A stretch of DNA of 64,000 bases from Tubulanus polymorphus (lineage: Eukaryota; Animalia; Nemertea), in assembly GCF_964204645.1 (NCBI RefSeq), contig NW_027437451.1, positions 42,001-106,000 on the forward strand, in the 5' to 3' direction. The translations under genes were made by a program, and so were the position numbers. The notes under the pieces are model-generated. The model saw nothing but the letters and a program-made list of their open reading frames with translations. It was not told where the DNA came from and ran no database searches. Below, piece by piece: positions 58,060-64,000 of this stretch; position 1 is the first letter of the stretch, and the number at the start of each line of letters is the position of its first letter.

Positions 58060-61000
58060 TCATCTTCAGAACCAAAAGCAGCCAGAAAATTCTGATTCTT
58101 TCAACCTATCTATTTGAAATCAGTTCAATTCGCCTAAACGCATCATTTCAGATTGAATCAATCAACTTCAGTAGTATAATTAGTCAGAAAATTCTGAATC
58201 TCTCAACCAATCTATTGAAAATCAGTTCAGTACACCCTAACCCATCAATTAAGATAGAATTCATCATTTTTAGGACCTAATTAATCAAGAAAAATCTGTT
58301 TTTTTCATCCCATCTACTCGAAATCAGTTCAGTTTACCTTAACCTATCATTTCAGATCGAGTCCATCATCTTCAGGAGCATAAATAGCCAGAAAATTCTT
58401 AATCTTTCCACCTATCTATTTGAAATCAGTTCAATACGCCTTAACCCATCTTTTCAGATTGAATCAATTAACTTCAGAAGTATAAGTAGTCAGAAAATTC
58501 TGATTCTTTCAACCTATCTATTTGAAATCAGTTCAATTCGCCTAAACGCATCATTTCAGATTGAATCAATCAACTTCAGTAGTATAATTAGTCAGAAAAT
58601 TCTGAATCTTTCAACCAATCTATTGAAAATCAGTTCAGTACACCCTAACCCATCAATTAAGATAGAATTCATCATTTTTAGGACCTAATTAATCAAGAAA
58701 AATCTGTTTCTTTCATCCCATCTACTCGAAATCAGTTCAGTTTACCTTAACATATCATTTCAGATCGAGTCCATCATCTTCAGGAGCATAAATAGCCAGA
58801 AAATTCTTAATCTTTCCACCTATCTATTTGAAATCAGTTCAATACGCCTTAACCCATCTTTTCAGATTGAGTCCATCATCTTCAGAACCAAAGGCAGCCA
58901 GAAAATTCTGATTCTTTCCACCTATCTATTTGAAATCAGTTCAGTTCACCCTAACCCATCAATAAAGATAGAATTCGTCATCTTTAGGACCCTATTTTGC
59001 AAGAAAAATCTGTATCTTTCAGTCCATCTACTCGAAATCAATTCAGTTTACCTTACCCAATCACTTCAGATCGAGTCCATCATCTTCAGGAGCATAAATA
59101 GCCAGAAAATTCTTAATCTTTCCACCTATCTATTTGAAATCAGTTCAATACGCCTTATCCCATCTTTTCAGATTGAATCAATCAACTTCAGAAGTATAAG
59201 TAGTCAGAAAATTCTGAATCTTTCCACCTATCTATTTGAAATCAGTTCAATACGCCTTATCCCATCTTTTCAGATTGAATCAATCAACTTCAGAAGTATA
59301 AGTAGTCAGAAAATTCTGAATCTTTCCACCTATCTATTTGAAATCAGTTCAATACGCCTTAACACATCATTTCAGATCGAGTCCATCATCTTCAGGAGCA
59401 TAAATAGCCAGAAAATTCTTAATCTTTCCACCTATCTACTCGAAATCAGTTCAGTTTACCTTAACCTATCATTTCAGATTGAGTCCATCATCTTCAGGAG
59501 AATAAGCACCCAGGAAATTCTGAATCTTTCCACCTATCTATTTGAAATCAGTTCAATACGCCTTAACACATCTTTTCAGATTGAGTCCATCATCTTCAGA
59601 ACCAAAGGCAGCCAGAAAATTCTGATTCTTTCAACCTATCTATTTGAAATCAGTTCAGTTCACCCTAACTCATCAATTAAGATAGAATTCGTCATCTTTA
59701 GGACCCTATTTTGCAAGAAAAATCTGTATCTTTCAGTCCATCTACTCGAAATCAGTTCAGTTTACCTTAACCTATCATTTCAGATCGAGTCCATCATCTT
59801 CAGGAGCATAAATAGCCAGAAAATTCTTAATCTTTCCACCTATCTATTTGAAATCAGTTCAATACGCCTTAACCCATCTTTTCAGATTGAATCAATCAAC
59901 TTCAGAAGTATAAGTAGTCAGAAAATTCTGATTCTTTCAACCAATCTATTGAAAATCAGTTCAGTACACCCTAACCCAACAATTAAGATAGAATTCATCA
60001 TCTTTAGGACCCTATTTTGCAAGAAAAATCTGTATCTTTCAGTCCATCTACTCGAAATCAGTTCAGTTTACCTTAACCTATCATTTCAGATCGAGTCCAT
60101 CATCTTCAGGAGCATAAATAGCCAGAAAATTCTTAATCTTTCCTCCTATCTATTTGAAATCAGTTCAATACGCCTTAACCCATCTTTTCAGATTGAGTCC
60201 ATCATCTTCAGAACCAAAGGCAGCAAGAAAATTCTGATTCTTTCAACCTATCTATTTGAAATCAGTTCAGTACACCCTAACCCATCAATTAAGATAGAAT
60301 TCATCATCTTTAGGACCATATTTTGCAAGAAAAATCTGTATCTTTCAGTCCATATACTCGAAATCAGTTCAGTTTACCTTAACCTATCATTTCAGATCGA
60401 GTCCATCATCTTCAGGAGCATAAATAGCCAGAAAATTCTTAATCTTTCCACCTATCTATTTGAAATCAGTTCAATACGCCTTAACCCATCTTTTCAGATT
60501 GAATCAATCAACTTCAGAAGTATAAGTAGTCAGAAAATTCTGAATCTTTCAACCAATCTATTGAAAATCAGTTCAGTACACCCTAACCCAACAATTAAGA
60601 TAGAATTCATCATCTTTAGGACCCTATTTTGCAAGAAAAATCTGTATCTTTCAGTCCATCTACTCGAAATCAGTTCAGTTTACCTTAACCTATCATTTCA
60701 GATCGAGTCCATCATCTTCAGGAGCATAAATAGCCAGAAAATTCTTAATCTTTCCTCCTATCTATTTGAAATCAGTTCAATATGCCTTAACCCATCTTTT
60801 CAGATTGAGTCCATCATCTTCAGAACCAAAGGCAGCAAGAAAATTCTGATTCTTTCAACCTATCTATTTGAAATCAGTTCAATACGCCTTAACCCATCTT
60901 TTCAGATCGAGTCCATCATCTTCAGGAGCATAAAAAGCCAGAAAATTCTTAATCTTTCCACCTATCTATTTGAAATCAGTTCAATACGCCGAGTCCATCA

Positions 61001-62524
61001 TCTTCAGAACCAAAGGCAGCAAGAAAATTCTGATTCTTTCAACCTATCTATTTGAAATCAGTTCAGTACACCCTAACCCATCAATTAAGATAGAATTCAT
61101 CATCTTTAGGACCATATTTTGCAAGAAAAATCTGTATCTTTCAGTCCATCTACTCGAAATCAGTTCAGTTTACCTTAACCTATCATTTCAGATCGAGTCC
61201 ATCATCTTCAGGAGCATAAATAGCCAGAAAATTCTTAATCTTTCCACCTATCTATTTGAAATCAGTTCAATACGCCTTAACACATCATTTCAGATCGAGT
61301 CCATCATCTTCAGGAGCATAAATAGCCAGAAAATTCTTAATCGTTCCACCTATCTACTCGAAATCAGTTCAGTTTACCTTAACCTATCATTTCAGATTGA
61401 GTCCATCATCTTCAGGAGAATAAGCACCCAGAAAATTCTGAATCTTTCCACCTATCTATTTGAAATCAGTTCAATACGCCTTAACCCATCTTTTCAGATT
61501 GAGTCCATCATCTTCAGAACCAAAGGCAGCCAGAAAATTCTGATTCTTTCAAACAATCTATTGAAAATCAGTTCAATACGCCTTAACCCATCTTTTCAGT
61601 TTGAATCCATCAACTTCAGAAGCATAAGTAGCCAGAAAATTCTGAATCTTTCAGCCAATGTATTGAAAATCAGTTCAGTACACCCTAACCCATCAAGTAA
61701 GATAGAATTCATCATCTTCAGAACCAAAAGCAGCCAGAAAATTCTGATTCTGAGAATCTATTGTTTATCGTGAATTTTGAAACTTCTTTAATTTAATCTT
61801 ATTGACAATGAGAGGGTCGTGAAATTGGAGTAACTGACCCCGTAAAATTACAATAGGCAGAGACCTACCTACCTAGACTCGTCGTGAGAAAAATCAAACA
61901 GCACGAAATGACTTTGAAATGATGACTTAAAAGGTCGAGCCACATCCAACATTTATAATCTATAGAATAATAGTAATTAATTGTTGACTTTAATTCTGTT
62001 TCATGTAATGAATTTCTATGTTTGCAATAAAACACTGATGTTCAATGGTACGAAAACAACCGCTGCTATTACGAGATTAATATATGAAATTGAGAGGAGA
62101 CCTCAAAATAACAAGGTGTGGATTATTTAAATATATAATTATTCAATGATTTGAATCATCAATTAAACTAAACTTCAACATTACAAACTGCGTCTTCTAA
62201 AAATATACGCGAGAAATATCGACATCAAAAACAGCGCGACCAAAATCAGTAAATTAATTCAACCAAATAAACCAGAAACCCAGGTACCACAGGAATAGGA
62301 CCCGACCGGGTGGGGTGGGTGCTGTCTGAACCTGAAACCAGTTGTACGTAAGTAAATGTCATTTGTATTTTATAAGAAGTAGAGTTCAACAGTTCAACTC
62401 TTCATCTTAATCAAATCACACTTAACTCACAAACTGTCAAACATTTTCAATCCAGTTCATTGTAAATAAATGCAACTTTTATTGTTAAAAGGTTCCACTT
62501 GAAATTACAACTGCATTTTATATC

Positions 62525-62545
62525 AACAGCTGAAATTATGTTTTA
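62525..62545 (+). repeat. Left arm of 21-bp inverted repeat
   Basis: Exact reverse complement of 63182-63202. Confidence 0.95.
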
Positions 62546-62606
62546 ATTCACAGATTTATCAACTAACTATTCTAACCTAACCTATATATATTCGGCCTAC
62601 CTATTC

Positions 62607-62635
62607 GGGCTCGGGTTTAGGGGTTAGGGAGGGGG
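62607..62635 (+). other. G-quadruplex-forming motif with telomere-like words
   Basis: GGGCTCGGGTTTAGGGGTTAGGGAGGGGG has five G-runs of 3 or more with 1-4 nt loops, and contains TTTAGGG and TTAGGG. Confidence 0.75.
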
Positions 62636-63100
62636 ATACTGAAATAGAGACATGTTATACAGGTCGCACCGGAATTCTTCAGTCACTCTGTCATCATCAT
62701 TCAACTTTAGATTCAATCTTCTGTGACTAGGGGGTCTTGGTCTTTTCACTGAAATAGAATATACAGGCCGTTCCTGAATCGGACCACTCTGTTGTGTGCT
62801 GGGGGTGAAGACACGTACTCTGTGGCCTAGTCCTCTGGGGTCTTGTCTCAGCGATGACCCTGAAATTGTCATGTTTATTTCAAATAATTTATTTACATAA
62901 TAGGCGTTGTCTAGTAAAGCAATAGATTTAAAAAACCGAAATTCTGAAAAAAAAGAAAACCACCTGAAAATAGAATAGAGAGAAACCCTGGAAAAAAAGA
63001 AGCATGAAATACAGGATCCTGAAATTAAGATATTAAGCATCAAAATAAACAAACAGCTGAGAACTCCCAGGACACCACGCATAGCACCCAATTTCATCAC
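62624..63100 (-). CDS. Doubtful 158-aa hypothetical ORF inside the inverted-repeat element
   Basis: From the ORF track. It begins at a GTG with an adjacent ATG. The N-terminal half is F/S/I-rich and read from polypyrimidine, intron-like DNA. Only the part after the minus-strand ATTTCAG acceptor-like site (62859 down to 62624) has exon-like composition. I recognise no domain. Confidence 0.15.
   Translation of the reverse strand: MMKLGAMRGVLGVLSCLFILMLNILISGSCISCFFFSRVSLYSIFRWFSFFSEFRFFKSIALLDNAYYVNKLFEINMTISGSSLRQDPRGLGHRVRVFTPSTQQSGPIQERPVYSISVKRPRPPSHRRLNLKLNDDDRVTEEFRCDLYNMSLFQYPPP
62638..62877. repeat. Degenerate ~110-bp tandem repeat (just over two units)
   Basis: ACTGAAATAGA..TATACAGG at 62638 and 62748; CACTCTGT at 62684 and 62786; CTGTG..CTAG..GGGGTCTTG near 62721 and 62820. 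A third unit starts CTGAAATTGTCATGTT at 62860. Confidence 0.7.
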
Positions 63101-63181
63101 TTAAATTAACCCATTATATTTCCATGTAATACTATAACTTACTAACTCACCGAGTAAGTTCCTAATAACTAACTAAACCTA

Positions 63182-63202
63182 TAAAACATAATTTCAGCTG
63201 TT
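63182..63202 (-). repeat. Right arm of 21-bp inverted repeat
   Basis: Exact reverse complement of 62525-62545. Confidence 0.95.
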
Positions 63203-63828
63203 AATGTTTTTCTAACTTACAGTTTATCCAATCCTGTGTGTGTTGAATCCAATGACAATCTTTGAGTCAATTTGAATCCTTGTGTTTTCAATAACGTGCC
63301 GGAATCCTGAATAAGAAATTTAGTTTCGAGTAACAGTTCACAGTTTTTGAGAACAGGTCATATTAATCGATTCCATTCACAATAAATCCGTATATATGTT
63401 CACAAGAGGTAGGTATGTTAAAATGTCTGATTTTTACTGTAGACATGACGTGCGAGCACCTCTAAGTCAGACAGTCATATGAATAATGTACACTTGACAC
63501 CCAGATGTAATAATCTGTGCTGGACACAACGAACGACAAGAATGGTCGAACACAATGAAGCTTCATATTTCATATTATCTAACTATTGGGTCACTGGTCA
63601 TAATCCATCTTCGCTCTATAAACTGCGCGGCTCTGCTGAAATCAATCCATTCCGAACTGCATGAAGTATGTATCAGTATAAATCAGATACTATAGAAATA
63701 TCTTATAGCAATTGATTTAACTTGAAATTTGAATTTTAATGATTAATTTATATTTTCATGAGGCGTCGGCGCCGCCAACACCGGGTCCAGCTTCCAAAAC
63801 ATCCTCATCAATGATTCGACGCATAATC

Positions 63829-63877
63829 AGTCATACTCGTCAGTGATTGGATACAAAGTTAGTCATACTCGTCGGTG
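63829..63877 (+). repeat. Short direct repeat, 17 bp (16/17 identical), 32-bp spacing
   Basis: AGTCATACTCGTCAGTG (63829-63845) and AGTCATACTCGTCGGTG (63861-63877). Confidence 0.8.
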
Positions 63878-64000
63878 TTTTGTTAACTTATACAAAATAT
63901 GAATATCTAAACTGGATGAAACCGTTTGAACGCGCGTCACGTAGGCATTGTATCGTATTGTCCGAGAACAATAAACAATGACATTTGACAATTTCACGAG

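Larger units (their letters stand above)
1..61763 (+). repeat. Tandem satellite DNA array, 102-bp monomer, ~607 copies, truncated at the left window edge
   Basis: The core (G/A)AAATCAGTTCA recurs at 13, 115, 217, 319, 421, 523 and so on. The last core starts at 61666. 61666-13=61653; correcting for the visible indels (+140 +21 -2) gives 61812 = 606x102 exactly. C-type monomer: GAAATCAGTTCAATACGCCTTAACCCATCTTTTCAGATTGAGTCCATCATCTTCAGAACCAAAGGCAGCCAGAAAATTCTGATTCTTTCAACCTATCTATTT. I saw no inversion or foreign insertion. Confidence 0.99.
62525..63202. mobile_element. Putative non-autonomous TIR element (MITE-like), 678 bp
   Basis: Perfect 21-bp inverted repeat: AACAGCTGAAATTATGTTTTA (62525-62545) and TAAAACATAATTTCAGCTGTT (63182-63202). 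There is no clear target-site duplication (flanks ..TATC | AATG..) and no transposase, so mobility is an inference. Confidence 0.5.
61764..64000. other. Non-satellite AT-rich flank, eukaryote-like and largely non-coding
   Basis: The 102-bp periodicity is lost after ..CTGAGAATCTATTG. Only two short ORFs are present, with several TTTCAG and CTAAC splice-like words and no operon-like gene density. Confidence 0.85.

Noticed and set aside
1-61763. CRISPR array or variable-cassette (diversity-generating) system
   Set aside because: The DNA between conserved cores is homologous and recurrent rather than unique spacers, and no cas, recombinase or reverse transcriptase gene is present.
1-61763. Giant minus-strand ORF hidden in the repeat
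   Set aside because: The reverse complement of the C monomer has stops in all three frames (two TAG from CTATCTA and a TGA from TTCAGA), and the ORF track shows no minus-strand ORF in the array.
1-61763. Tandem tRNA, 5S rRNA or spliced-leader RNA gene array
   Set aside because: There is no cloverleaf, no recognisable 5S sequence and no GT donor plus Sm-site arrangement. Only a loose B-box match remains, reported separately as speculative.
520-61773. The 114-1007 aa + strand ORFs as real genes (for example an ankyrin-, TPR-, PPR- or TALE-like 34-aa repeat protein family)
   Set aside because: They are translations of the satellite, with TTG starts, amplified stops and frameshifts, no unique N- or C-terminal domains and no third-position bias. 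The peptide lacks ankyrin (TPLH), TALE (LTPxQVVAIAS) or TPR signatures.
62300-62320. Second G-rich tract GGGTGGGGTGGG
   Set aside because: It has only three G-runs of 3 or more, so it does not meet the canonical G4 pattern.
62381-62401. AGTTCAAC doublet and short hairpin resembling the satellite core
   Set aside because: An 8-bp match in AT-rich DNA with no further alignable monomer sequence.
62639-62764. Tiny 16- and 22-nt GT-AG introns on the minus strand (GTATATTCTATTTCAG; GTATAACATGTCTCTATTTCAG)
   Set aside because: The frame is open without splicing, both words belong to the degenerate repeat, and nothing indicates a tiny-intron lineage.
63479-63664. 61-aa + strand ORF
   Set aside because: It is short, has no recognisable motif, and is within chance expectation.
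63758-63814. Micro-ORF MRRRRRQHRVQLPKHPHQ (protamine-like)
   Set aside because: It is only 18 codons, and the Arg run simply reflects the local CG-rich patch.

Overview
About 96% of the window (1 to ~61,763) is one uninterrupted, head-to-tail, single-orientation satellite array. It holds ~607 monomers of 102 bp (~35% GC, + strand C-rich and G-poor) and continues past the left edge. Monomers fall into a few diverged classes, labelled here A, A', B, C, D and E, ordered mainly as an A-B-(C/D) 306-bp trimer. Nested 2.6-7.4 kb duplications are superimposed. The array length is accounted for exactly by three indel alleles (+1 x2, -7 x3, -20 x7). The long '+' ORFs are best explained as an artefact of a 34-codon monomer with one stop-free frame, not as genes. 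The array ends abruptly after two diverged terminal monomers. The last ~2.2 kb is AT-rich and eukaryote-like. It contains a 678-bp segment bounded by a perfect 21-bp inverted repeat, with a telomere-like G-quadruplex motif, a degenerate ~110-bp internal repeat, a hairpin and a doubtful 158-aa ORF. The best reading is the edge of a eukaryotic (peri)centromeric or subtelomeric satellite domain. I recognise no gene, CRISPR array or RNA gene, cannot name the organism or satellite family, and see no convincing novel protein-coding system. The main leads are the satellite architecture and the small inverted-repeat element.
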